Sequence record: MN095770.1
Reading direction: 5' to 3' (one strand)
Length of the DNA: 32,000 bases
From: Serratia phage Slocum
Position numbers and translations under genes: made by a program. A model generated the notes under the pieces. That model was not told the origin of the DNA. It did not search any database and worked only from the letters and a program-made list of their open reading frames with translations. The stretch's first letter is position 1, and each line of letters begins with the position of its first letter. Below are positions 1 through 9,443 of the stretch, in pieces.

Positions 1-1
1 T

Positions 2-313
2 GTCATGCTGGAAACTGGTTGTGCTGTTGCTATCCCAGCAGGTTGGGTTGGTTTAATCGCACCTCGCAGTTCTACTGGTAAGCTGCGTATCACTCTGGAG
101 AATACTCTGGGTGTTATCGATTCGGATTACCGTGGGTACATCAAAGCCCGTCTGTACAACTTCGGTAAAGAACCGCAGATTCTGTACAACTTCGATCGTA
201 TTATGCAAATGGTTGTAGTTCCTCACTTCAACCCTAATGCTGTTGAAATTGTTGATAGCCTGGACGAAACTGTTCGTGGTGATCAAGGTTTCGGACATTC
301 TGGCCAGAACTAA
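2..313 (+). CDS. dut: dUTP diphosphatase (dUTPase), 3' part; 5' end lies outside the window
   Basis: Translated motifs APRSSTGK, NTLGVIDSDYRGYI, RIMQMVV and C-terminal RGDQGFGHSG are the conserved trimeric dUTPase motifs. Confidence 0.96.
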   Translation, partial: VMLETGCAVAIPAGWVGLIAPRSSTGKLRITLENTLGVIDSDYRGYIKARLYNFGKEPQILYNFDRIMQMVVVPHFNPNAVEIVDSLDETVRGDQGFGHSGQN

Positions 314-320
314 AAATAAA

Positions 321-350
321 CCCCAAGTGATTTCTCACTTGGGGTTTTTT
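321..350. terminator. Rho-independent terminator between convergent dut and tail fibre genes, possibly bidirectional
   Basis: CCCCAAGTGA (321-330), TTTC loop, TCACTTGGGG (335-344), then TTTTTT (345-350). The left flank is AAAAATAAA, giving a T-rich tract on the - strand. Confidence 0.92.
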
Positions 351-351
351 A

Positions 352-3300
352 TTACTTGAGTTTTGCTTCAAGTTCAGCTACTCTGTTTTGCAGAGAAGTA
401 ACCATATCAGCCAACTCTTGAACACCTTTGATACCCAGGGCAACTAGAGGTAGCAGCTCAGGATACTTAAATGCTCCATTATCTCCGACGAAATCAGGAT
501 CTACAGTTTCTAGCTGCTGAGCCACAAACCCATGTTCGACGTGTTTTCCAGCCACGGAAGTTGGGGCTGTACTGGTGAAGTCGAATTCAAAAAGTTTAAT
601 TTTACGTATTTTATCGGTAGCCGAACTCATTGAATACCGTACGTTTTCCTTAAGCTTCCTGTCAGAAGGGGTTGCTTTCTGGAAAATTGCATCAGCCTCG
701 GATTTCGAGTACGCACCTACAGCCGTAGCGTTTGGGGGCCTCTTAGTGGTGTAGACCTCAGCGAATGCAGGATCATCATCGTTTACATGGAAACCACGAA
801 CATAGAACTGCTTAGTAGCCGGGTTATACATCAGCTGGAAGTGACGGTTCTCATTCATACGGAATTGCATAATGAATGCGCTGGATGGATAACCAGCAAC
901 GTTGCCAGTATTGTATCCACGGATACCCGGCATCCAAGGAGTGGGAGCCCTGTCTAGGGCAGTACCAGGAGGGAGACTGTCACCCATATCGTTAAAGATA
1001 TAAGCGTTAGACATCACCTGATTTCTGCCATACACTTCGTCTGCGGATAAACGAGCAGGTGCCTGTGCAGTACCATTAACGTTTACATTACCAGTAAAAG
1101 TACCTCCAGTTGCAGCAACGGAACCCACTTGAGTAGCAGTAGGTGGATGACGAGACGTAAAGATCTGTGTCCAATCAACCTCGAATCCCGCTAAGTCACG
1201 AGAAGACCTGTACCATAGACCACCTTGAGAGTAACGAACGCGTAACTGCAGAGACTTAGCAGCGTTATTCGTTGACGTACCGTTGTAGAATTGAACAACG
1301 TGGTCTGGGCCCCCTGCACGGTTCAGGGTATATGAACCAGATGGAGCATTCCATGGAACACCGGCAGCTTCCTCATAAGTTGCTTGGTTGCCCTGAGCAA
1401 ATGCGCCCGTACTTGCGTTAGCCGTAGTAAGAACTGTGGGGTTAGCAGTTTGGTTTTCACTTGGCCCAAAGCTCAGGTTACCGCTGGTATCAATACCTAG
1501 ACGAGACAGACCTGCTAGGGTTCGGAAACCCATGGACACGTTACCAGAGGCACTGGTTCTCTCAATAATGAGTGGTGTGTGCTCTACCCCCTTAATATTA
1601 AGAATAGTGTTGTTCGTGTTTGTTGGTACGCTGGTACCATTCATTGTTAGATTAGCATTCAATGTGTGCGCGTACTGGCTATCGCTGTTCAGGTAACTAA
1701 CTACCGCTAGTTCTCCCATACGACCCGCTGTTGGGATATTAGAACTGCTAACAATTGCGTTGATAGTTTTCCACTGAGCCAATGTAGCAGCCGTGCTCTT
1801 GATATGCACTTTAGCAAAGGTATTACGAGTGTTGGCGGGGAACAACCCATAAACATCGTAAGTATCTGCTGAGGTTTCTACTAGGATAACTCTCGATACG
1901 GCCATGCCATAAACATTATGTATAGCAGCAGTAGCGCGTCCCGTAGTGAATGGGGTTGCCAGCGCACCTTGTCCATTAGCTGTTCTGACCTGAATCTTAG
2001 TAACACCAGTGTTATAAATGAACGCGTTATACCCACCAGAGCCAGAGATATCAATATCTAGAGTATTACCACCCTGGAACAGCTGGCTAACAGTACCCAT
2101 GCGAACCCACTGATCACCACCGGTTTGAGCAATTACGAATGAATACTGGGTAGTCGTGTCTTCAGTGATAACTTTGGAGTTGTTGACCATTACACCCGCA
2201 GAAGCTGCAGTTGGTGTAAAGTTAACAGAACCATCCGCCCACATAGAGGTTACACGTCCAGTAGTGTCTCCCGGACGAATTCTTAGCAATCCAGTGTTAT
2301 CCGCGAAGATGGTACTGATAGTATCTGCAGTATTAGTTGAATTACCATAGAAACGAAGTACCGCCTGACGTTGTGGCTGATTAGGATTACCTAGAATGTA
2401 GAATTCATTGGAAACTCCCGGAGAGGTAGTCGAGCCATCAGAGCGAATGAACCAAGAGTTTAGCTCTCCCATAGGAGGAATGTACGTCCAGGGGTTCCAG
2501 CCTTCAACTACTACACCACCTGTTGTGTTACCATTGGCAATACGGGTCCAGTGACCTTCGCCAAGTCGGTGAGGGTGGTACTCCTGTACTACGCGGTTTT
2601 CAGCATCAACTTTTCCCTTATATACGATAAGCACGCCGTAACCATACACATTACCAGTACGATTAGGAACTCCAGAACCTTCCCAAGTAGGATTACCCTT
2701 GTTAGTACCCGTACTACCATTCTGTACCTTGTACATGCCTGGACTTTTTAGCTTATTCCAGTCAGTATCCGCAACCACGTCAATAGTGTTCATAGTAACG
2801 GAGTTATTAATGAACGTATTAACTTTTACTAAGTTGTTATCACTCCAGGTTTGTGCAGCAGCCTGAGAAAACACACCACCTGCGTCGATATTACCTGAAG
2901 CGTATAGAGTATTAGCTGGGCCAGAAGTAGCTGTAGAACCACGAACTCGTACTTCACCTGCTGAAGAAACATCACCATTAGGACGGAAGATGATATCCCC
3001 CGCTGCAGAAGGAGGTGCAGATATAACCAGAGATCCATCAGAAACAGAGTTAGATCTGAAGCGTGCACCACCTAAATATAGATTAGTAACACGGGAATCA
3101 GGTCCGATAGTCAGGTCTCCAGTCATGGTGTCACCAGACTTCCTAACAGCATCAACTTCAGTTGCAGCAGGTGGGTTATCTACCGAGTAGTTCCAGTTAG
3201 GAGTAGATAACAAGAAATTAGCAGGTTCTGCGGCCTGTACTGCAAAAGGTTGCATGATAGTAGTCGTAGCAGGGGTATACGCTATGATACCAAAGCTACA

Positions 3301-3945
3301 TCCAGAGATGAAGGCAGGTAGAATAGCCCATAGCTCCAAAATACCGCCGTTCTTAACCACACCAAAACGTACACGTCCAGTCAGGTTTCTAAACCTGTTA
3401 TCAGCAGACACGATAGTATGCCTCATTACCGAAGCAGCCTGAGTAATGTCAACAGCACCAGATAAGTTGCGAGCTGAAATAGTTACAGTCTCAGTTTGGT
3501 GCATAGGGTTACCGTACGAAGACGTACCCGAAATAATTATGTTAAGATGGTTAGCACCGTTACCTGGGATATTCAGCTCTGCTACTTTGCAATAGCGGGA
3601 ATCCTGTCCTGTTATCGGTAGGGTGTACCAAGGCATGCGTAGTGCCATCTGAGCGGCAGAAGCTGCAGCGTTAGTCTCTGAGGTTTTTGCATTGGTTTCA
3701 GACGTCTTAGCGTTTGTCTCTGAGGTTTTTGCAGCGGTCGCTGAGTTCGCAGAGTTAGTCTCCGAAGTCTTAGCGTTAGTAGCTGCTTGGTTTGCCTTGT
3801 TTACAGCATCTGTAAGTTCAGCCGCTGTAATAGACGAAATTGAGTTTCCCAGAGATACAACGTATCTAGGGAATTTGCTAACAGTACTAGCCCCCTGATC
3901 GGTGGCTAGTAGTTGTTGCATTATGATCTTAGTTGTAACTGCCAT
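352..3945 (-). CDS. ltf: L-shaped tail fibre protein (T5 pb1-like) with C-terminal S74-type intramolecular chaperone domain
   Basis: 1197 aa. N-terminus MAVTTKIIMQQLLATDQ...SNSISSITAAELT resembles T5 pb1 from memory. AKTSETN repeats follow. C-terminus SDRKLKENVRYSMSSATDKIRKIKLFEFDF...HGFVAQQLE is typical of peptidase_S74 chaperones. Position next to dut matches T5. Confidence 0.93.
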   Translation of the reverse strand: MAVTTKIIMQQLLATDQGASTVSKFPRYVVSLGNSISSITAAELTDAVNKANQAATNAKTSETNSANSATAAKTSETNAKTSETNAKTSETNAAASAAQMALRMPWYTLPITGQDSRYCKVAELNIPGNGANHLNIIISGTSSYGNPMHQTETVTISARNLSGAVDITQAASVMRHTIVSADNRFRNLTGRVRFGVVKNGGILELWAILPAFISGCSFGIIAYTPATTTIMQPFAVQAAEPANFLLSTPNWNYSVDNPPAATEVDAVRKSGDTMTGDLTIGPDSRVTNLYLGGARFRSNSVSDGSLVISAPPSAAGDIIFRPNGDVSSAGEVRVRGSTATSGPANTLYASGNIDAGGVFSQAAAQTWSDNNLVKVNTFINNSVTMNTIDVVADTDWNKLKSPGMYKVQNGSTGTNKGNPTWEGSGVPNRTGNVYGYGVLIVYKGKVDAENRVVQEYHPHRLGEGHWTRIANGNTTGGVVVEGWNPWTYIPPMGELNSWFIRSDGSTTSPGVSNEFYILGNPNQPQRQAVLRFYGNSTNTADTISTIFADNTGLLRIRPGDTTGRVTSMWADGSVNFTPTAASAGVMVNNSKVITEDTTTQYSFVIAQTGGDQWVRMGTVSQLFQGGNTLDIDISGSGGYNAFIYNTGVTKIQVRTANGQGALATPFTTGRATAAIHNVYGMAVSRVILVETSADTYDVYGLFPANTRNTFAKVHIKSTAATLAQWKTINAIVSSSNIPTAGRMGELAVVSYLNSDSQYAHTLNANLTMNGTSVPTNTNNTILNIKGVEHTPLIIERTSASGNVSMGFRTLAGLSRLGIDTSGNLSFGPSENQTANPTVLTTANASTGAFAQGNQATYEEAAGVPWNAPSGSYTLNRAGGPDHVVQFYNGTSTNNAAKSLQLRVRYSQGGLWYRSSRDLAGFEVDWTQIFTSRHPPTATQVGSVAATGGTFTGNVNVNGTAQAPARLSADEVYGRNQVMSNAYIFNDMGDSLPPGTALDRAPTPWMPGIRGYNTGNVAGYPSSAFIMQFRMNENRHFQLMYNPATKQFYVRGFHVNDDDPAFAEVYTTKRPPNATAVGAYSKSEADAIFQKATPSDRKLKENVRYSMSSATDKIRKIKLFEFDFTSTAPTSVAGKHVEHGFVAQQLETVDPDFVGDNGAFKYPELLPLVALGIKGVQELADMVTSLQNRVAELEAKLK

Positions 3946-4364
3946 TACGTTGTAACTCCATCGCTAATGTAAACAGCGCCTTCGATTATTCTAAAGCTGG
4001 TTGGGCTTACCCCACCGGATCTAGACATAATTATATCATAGTAACCTACGAATCGCAAGCGTTGATTAAACTTGTCACGTGTATTTGATGCTTTAGTCCC
4101 AAGGTTAGTCGTATCGGCAGCAGTAAGACTGATCGAAGCTACCCCTTGCTTAGCATCTACAACACTAGTTACAAAGGTCGCTAGTAGAGCTGCGTTGTTT
4201 TCAAGACTGTCACGGATTACACCTTTTAGAGTAAAGCCGGTAAGATCTACCGGCTTTTCTGTTGGTGGATAAACGCTAGAGTCTACATCTTGGAACTGAA
4301 GAAGCATACCAAACGGTGTGTTCTCATCGATGGTAAGGTCAACTGTTCTGTTTTCTGTAGCCAT
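3945..4364 (-). CDS. Baseplate/collar protein, T5 p132-like
   Basis: 139 aa, located between the fibre and the pb4-like gene as in T5. The pattern FTLKGVIRDSLENNAALLATFVTSVVDAKQGVASISLTAADT is typical of beta-rich BppU-N-like tail domains. Confidence 0.75.
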   Translation of the reverse strand: MATENRTVDLTIDENTPFGMLLQFQDVDSSVYPPTEKPVDLTGFTLKGVIRDSLENNAALLATFVTSVVDAKQGVASISLTAADTTNLGTKASNTRDKFNQRLRFVGYYDIIMSRSGGVSPTSFRIIEGAVYISDGVTT

Positions 4365-4370
4365 TTTTAA

Positions 4371-7300
4371 TTACCTTATATGAATATAACCGCCACCCAG
4401 GTCAATCTTCATCTTGTAGTTAGCTTCCGCGTTACCGGAATTCCACGCGTTGGTATCATAGATAACTGTAACCCCTAATCTGTTAACCATAGCTGTGTCA
4501 GCTACGATCTTATCAGAACGAATAGTACCGGACACCACCATATCCCCGTGTACTACTAGCCCAGGGACAACCCAAGCTGTTCCGTTCCACATACGTGTTG
4601 CGGATATCTTAGGGTCAGCACTGTTATACTGAGTAAGTACGTCATACTTAACAGGGCCAGTACCAAAATTGCTCTGGAAGAAGTTAGCGGCTTCGCCATC
4701 GTGCCAAACACCAAAAGCATTTAAGGCTTGGGTAAAGATACCCGCACCACGTTGGCCAGCAGCACCATTAGTACCATCTTTACCCGGAGGACCTGGATTA
4801 CCAGTAATCTGAATTGGAGCAGACCAGTTACCAATCAGGGCATCTGTAGCACCGTTCTTCAGACCGGTAGACATCCAAATAGGTTGTCCGGCTGGTGGTG
4901 TAGTACTCCACCCTGCTGGGTTATTACCAGTTGGAGTTGCCGGAGTAGTGTTAGACTGTCGGTAAATATACGTTGTATAATCACCTTTTGCCCCATCCTT
5001 ACCAATTGTACCATCTTGCCCTACTGCACGAATCGCAGGAGACCATGCACCATCAACGAACTGACGCATGTATAAGTCACCCGGAGAATACCCAGTATGC
5101 CAGCTTGATGCGTTAGCAGACCACTCGATCCTGATTGGATCTGCGTCGCTACCATTAGCGCCATCCATGTCCATGCGTTCCATACGGATGTTGGTTACTA
5201 AAACAACACCATGGTTAGCTGTAGCATTAATCTGCATCCAAGGACGTGCTCGAGCTGCGTTAGCAGGAATAGTAATAACACCTGTTAACTCCCTCCACGT
5301 AGCATTGCCAGCAGAAGCAGAGAAACCTGCGTACCACGTCAGGTTAGCTCCAGCATCATTTAACATCCATAAGCCGAAGTTAGAAACGTTGGTAGTATCT
5401 TTGGTGTATACCCATGCAGTGACACGGTATTTCTCCCCTTGAGAAACGTTAATCCAGTTGTTGCCCTCATTGTGGTCACGAGTAAACATTCTATACGCTT
5501 TCTTGAACCCAGTTCCTGGCGGTGAACCAAGTTCAGCGGGAATATCAACAACAGTACCACGGTCCCAAGTACCAATATTACCATCCTCAAAGGTAGGTGT
5601 CATTACAATGTTATAGCCTTTCGCAGCTACAGACTTAGTAACGTTCATTCTCTTGACTATAGAACCTAGTTGAGGGTGCGTAGCAGTGAAGTCAACAAAT
5701 CCTGTTAGGATATTGTCAGGCATTCCACTTAGAGAGTAAATACCTGCAGTATTGATGCTTGCCGAGATATTGGTTGCTACTTGTGAGTAAGTACACTGAC
5801 TAGTTACATCCTGAGTACCATAGAACACACGCATACTACCAGCACCAGCACCGTAGTCCATCACACGCCCTACACTGTTTGCAACTAGAACCGCGGCTTC
5901 GTTAGTCAGGTAACCTGCTAGAACGTTAGAACCATCGACTAAACGAACTACTGTGATTGCATCAGTTAAACCATCGCAAGTGACAGTAACAGTAACCCAC
6001 AGAGCGTTTCCGAAGATTGCCGAGGTCAGAGTTTTAGTTAGTTCAGTACCACCAGGGATCGTCACAACTGCGTTGTTATTATCTCTAGCTGTCCAGATGA
6101 TTGTAGCAGCTGTATTCTGTTTTGTAGCGGTGAATACGATGTCCGAAGAGGACTTAAGTGCACCACGACCATCATAGTTAAATGATTGACTGGTACTTGT
6201 CAATGTTAAGTTCTTAGCGTTAACGCCGTCTTTACCGTTGGCACCATCTTTACCGTCAGTACCAGTTAGACGAACTGGGGTAGACCAAGTACCAATAACA
6301 GTGTTATCAGAACCTTGTCTATATGCTCTACTCATCCAAGTCAGCCCGGAAGTTGGTGGAGCATCAGTCCATCCTGCGGGGGTATTACCAGTTGGTGTTG
6401 CTGGCTGGGTATCTCCTGCACGGAAGATGTAAGAAACGTAGTTACCAGTTTTACCTGCTTGACCTTCTTCACCTACGATACGAATCGCAGCAGACCAAGT
6501 ACCACCTACACGTTGTCTCATGTAGACGTCACCAGTTGTGAAGTTTGGGTGCCAATTGGAACCGTCAGCTGAGTACTGAACCTCCATTGGAGTACCATCG
6601 TTACCTTTCTCACCGATACCATCAGAAGCTGCAGGAACGTACGCCGTTGGGTAGTTCGATTCTTCAAGCTTAATGTTATAGAACAGTACAGTAGCACCGT
6701 TTGCCATAACAGAAGGACGGAAGGACAAGCGCGTAGTATTGTTAGTAGTTGTAAACGTAAACGTTGACCTACCTACCTTGCTAGAGAGTGACTCCGCGTA
6801 CCCATTAAAGGTCTGGTTGGTTCCTTGGAAATACAAGAACAGCACGCGAACTGCAGCAGCATTATCAGTCTCGTAAGACATTGTGTACTTCGTATTTGGC
6901 TTGACGTCGATGTAGTAAGTGCCTGCGCCTTGATAAGGAATAGTGAACGCTCCTACTGCTGGATCAGTACCCGTTTTAGTAATTGCAATAGTTAGCAATT
7001 CTCTGTTTTTAACCATTGTACCTTTATCGACGCTGGTAATAGTATCTAACCACTTACGAGCTTCGAACATATTTGGGAAGATAGACTGTCCGTCAATACG
7101 AACTGGATCCGTCCACTGCCCTTTTAATGCATTAGTTGGCCCGTCGAAAGTACCACGAGTCATCCACAAAGGCGTGCCATCCGGAGGTGCATCAGACCAC
7201 CCTGCAGGAGCACTACCCGTAGGACGTGCTGGTTTAGTATCGGCAACACGGAACATTAAGTTCGTGTAGTCACCAGAAGTACCATCACCACCGTTTTCAC

Positions 7301-9443
7301 CAACAGCTTTAATAGCCGCACTCCAACTACCATTTACGTTTTGGCGCATGTACTTGTCGCCAGGCTGGAAACTACTATGCCAAGGTCCGTTCGCACTCAC
7401 GGCCCATTCTACAGCTAGAGGTTGTGCATCTTCACCGTCTAAACGAATAGGGTCAGACCACTGTTGGTTTGACACAGTCCCAGTGCGCCCGTCAACTGTA
7501 CCTTTGGACATCCAGATAGGGGTATTACCAGTTGGGGGAGCATCAGACCATCCGGCAGGGACAGGTGCAGAACCGGTAGGAGTAGCTGGTTTATTGTCTG
7601 AGGCACGGAAGACCAGAGTTACGTAGTCACCGTTAGGGCCTTTCTCTCCGTCCTCACCTACCACACGAATAGCCTCACCCCAACCATCAACTGTACTTTG
7701 GCGCATATACAAGTCACCAACTTCGTAGCTAGAATGCCAAGGACCTGTTGGAGTTCTTGACCACTGTACTGTAACTGATGTACCAACGGAACCATCGTCA
7801 CCCTTGTCACCAGTCCAACGTGCTACATCGGACCATCCCGTGCCGTCCTTCAGCTTATTGGTGAAGGGGTTTATAGCACCTACGATTGCCCAGATAACTT
7901 CCCCAGGTAAGCGGTTAGGCGGGATAGTAGACCAACCAGTAGGAGGGTAGCTAGTATCAATTGGCTTAGGAGGAGCTGTTGGGGATTTGATGTACGCGTA
8001 GCTCTGGAAGTTACCAATGATACCATCTTCTAGAGACATATTACCATTAGGAGTACCAATTGTAACTGTACCAGTGATGTTCAAGTCGTTGCCGTCCCAG
8101 CGAATGTATTTCGTTGCGCTACCCATGTCGAACTTGAACTTACCGTCAGTATTGTCCATACCCATCCAAACACCGTTGGTCAGTCCACCATACGTTTTAC
8201 CCTGCGAATACAGAGCTGGATTGTCCTTACCAGTAAGGTTAGTAAGAATGAAATTAGCTGCGTAAATAGAGTTAGTGATTACACGTCCATCTACGTTTAA
8301 AGTCTTGGTCAGAGGATCGAAGTTGAAGGGGGCTTGTCCTTTTTCATCTAGGGCACCTATCGACACAGAACCCGTCTTAGCGTCTAGCAAGAAAGTCTGA
8401 ATCCAACGGTTGCCATCTTTCATCTGGCCTTTAATGTGTGCATAGTTAACTTCGATACCAGTCTCGTTCACAAATGAATCGTCGAGAGGTGTCGATTCAT
8501 TTAATATATAAGTGGTTTCGGAAGAATCTACGACAGCTTGAGTATCTGGACCCCAAGCAACTGCTTGCACCTTGAATCTCATGGTACGATTCCATGGGAA
8601 GGTGGTGATCGTTACTGCCTTTGCAGCACCTGCGTTTATTTTCTGTGCGTTGGCCCATCCAGAGGTAGCGAACGATTCCTGGTCAATATACCAAACCACG
8701 AATTCACGAGCGTATGCCCCTGCACCTTTCTCCCAGTTCCATTCTAGTCGAACGTCGTAACGCTCTTTACCATCAGCAATACGTGCAGCTTTGAATACTA
8801 GACGATCTGGCTTACTTGGTGGGGTGAATACATACTTAACGTCTACATCCTGCCCAAACTCACGAGTACCACTAGACTCCACCGTAACACCATCAGGCAT
8901 TGCGATTTGTCCAGAAATACGTACACGGTACTTACCGATCGGAATGCCAACCTGAATCTGCGGGGTTAGTGGGCCTATGTATACCTTCTCCCACTCACCG
9001 TCTGGTAGCTTTTTGGCTTCCAGCGTTACATAATCAGCTTGACCATTCGTGTTGACTACTAACAGTGGGGCACCGACCCCGATATCTACCTGCTCACTTA
9101 CAGAGGTAGCCTTGGTGATCGTTGGCTTTGGTACTGTTTTAATTGTAGTTGTATCACTAAGGTTGATGCTAATCTTTGCAGTCAGTAACTCAGCATCAAT
9201 GATCTGGTCAAAGTATGCGCCCTGCAGAGTGTAGCTCGTTTCTTCCTTTAACCCAACTAGAAGAGCATAGTAGGTGTTTAACCCTGTGAAGTCTTTTCTA
9301 GTTACATTAGTGCCTTCAGTTAGCCAAAATGATCTACCCAGAATATCGAAGTCCGTTGAAATGGAGTGGCCGACATACGCCAAGGCGTAGCCGACCTTGA
9401 TATTCTGAAGAACCATTGTAGCTGGTGCATTATTAATTACCAT
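4371..9443 (-). CDS. pb4: Baseplate central fibre protein, T5 pb4-like, strongly enlarged by internal modules
   Basis: 1690 aa. N-terminus (AYVGHSISTDFDILGRSFWLTEGTNVTRKDFTG; FN3-like segments around VFKAARIADGKERYDVRLEWNWEKGAGAYAREFV) and C-terminus (FGTGPVKYDVLTQY...KIVADTAMVNRLGVTVIYD...YKMKIDLGGGYIHIR) resemble T5 pb4 from memory. Its position downstream of the pb3-like gene supports this. Confidence 0.88.
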   Translation of the reverse strand: MVINNAPATMVLQNIKVGYALAYVGHSISTDFDILGRSFWLTEGTNVTRKDFTGLNTYYALLVGLKEETSYTLQGAYFDQIIDAELLTAKISINLSDTTTIKTVPKPTITKATSVSEQVDIGVGAPLLVVNTNGQADYVTLEAKKLPDGEWEKVYIGPLTPQIQVGIPIGKYRVRISGQIAMPDGVTVESSGTREFGQDVDVKYVFTPPSKPDRLVFKAARIADGKERYDVRLEWNWEKGAGAYAREFVVWYIDQESFATSGWANAQKINAGAAKAVTITTFPWNRTMRFKVQAVAWGPDTQAVVDSSETTYILNESTPLDDSFVNETGIEVNYAHIKGQMKDGNRWIQTFLLDAKTGSVSIGALDEKGQAPFNFDPLTKTLNVDGRVITNSIYAANFILTNLTGKDNPALYSQGKTYGGLTNGVWMGMDNTDGKFKFDMGSATKYIRWDGNDLNITGTVTIGTPNGNMSLEDGIIGNFQSYAYIKSPTAPPKPIDTSYPPTGWSTIPPNRLPGEVIWAIVGAINPFTNKLKDGTGWSDVARWTGDKGDDGSVGTSVTVQWSRTPTGPWHSSYEVGDLYMRQSTVDGWGEAIRVVGEDGEKGPNGDYVTLVFRASDNKPATPTGSAPVPAGWSDAPPTGNTPIWMSKGTVDGRTGTVSNQQWSDPIRLDGEDAQPLAVEWAVSANGPWHSSFQPGDKYMRQNVNGSWSAAIKAVGENGGDGTSGDYTNLMFRVADTKPARPTGSAPAGWSDAPPDGTPLWMTRGTFDGPTNALKGQWTDPVRIDGQSIFPNMFEARKWLDTITSVDKGTMVKNRELLTIAITKTGTDPAVGAFTIPYQGAGTYYIDVKPNTKYTMSYETDNAAAVRVLFLYFQGTNQTFNGYAESLSSKVGRSTFTFTTTNNTTRLSFRPSVMANGATVLFYNIKLEESNYPTAYVPAASDGIGEKGNDGTPMEVQYSADGSNWHPNFTTGDVYMRQRVGGTWSAAIRIVGEEGQAGKTGNYVSYIFRAGDTQPATPTGNTPAGWTDAPPTSGLTWMSRAYRQGSDNTVIGTWSTPVRLTGTDGKDGANGKDGVNAKNLTLTSTSQSFNYDGRGALKSSSDIVFTATKQNTAATIIWTARDNNNAVVTIPGGTELTKTLTSAIFGNALWVTVTVTCDGLTDAITVVRLVDGSNVLAGYLTNEAAVLVANSVGRVMDYGAGAGSMRVFYGTQDVTSQCTYSQVATNISASINTAGIYSLSGMPDNILTGFVDFTATHPQLGSIVKRMNVTKSVAAKGYNIVMTPTFEDGNIGTWDRGTVVDIPAELGSPPGTGFKKAYRMFTRDHNEGNNWINVSQGEKYRVTAWVYTKDTTNVSNFGLWMLNDAGANLTWYAGFSASAGNATWRELTGVITIPANAARARPWMQINATANHGVVLVTNIRMERMDMDGANGSDADPIRIEWSANASSWHTGYSPGDLYMRQFVDGAWSPAIRAVGQDGTIGKDGAKGDYTTYIYRQSNTTPATPTGNNPAGWSTTPPAGQPIWMSTGLKNGATDALIGNWSAPIQITGNPGPPGKDGTNGAAGQRGAGIFTQALNAFGVWHDGEAANFFQSNFGTGPVKYDVLTQYNSADPKISATRMWNGTAWVVPGLVVHGDMVVSGTIRSDKIVADTAMVNRLGVTVIYDTNAWNSGNAEANYKMKIDLGGGYIHIR
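4800..7785 (-). repeat. Four ~110-aa modules within the pb4-like CDS (approx. 7430-7785, 7090-7425, 6265-6595, 4800-5145)
   Basis: Recurrent protein pattern (V/I)xWSxxxxxWHxxxxxGDxYMRQxxxxxWxxAIxxVGExGxxGxxGDYxxxxFRxxxxxPAxPTGxxPAGWSxxPPxGxxxWMxxxxxxxxxxxxxWxxPxRxxG. Collagen-like GDxG linkers separate them. Confidence 0.9.

Noticed and set aside
53-298. 81-aa ORF on the - strand antisense to dut
   Set aside because: Fully overlaps the well-supported dUTPase frame and shows no recognisable family.
3655-3810. Short DNA repeats that might suggest CRISPR or iterons
   Set aside because: They are degenerate and encode a continuous AKTSETN protein repeat; no spacer structure.
5360-5590. Small - strand ORFs nested in pb4/pb3/tape measure genes (also 2829..3071, 11111..11302, 11657..11893, 13549..13761, 26969..27388)
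   Set aside because: Alternative frames of repetitive or low-complexity coding sequence; no independent start context.
4800-7785. Possible separate genes or mobile insertion in the pb4 gene
   Set aside because: A single uninterrupted 1690-codon frame with in-frame modules; no inverted repeats, transposase or intron features were seen.
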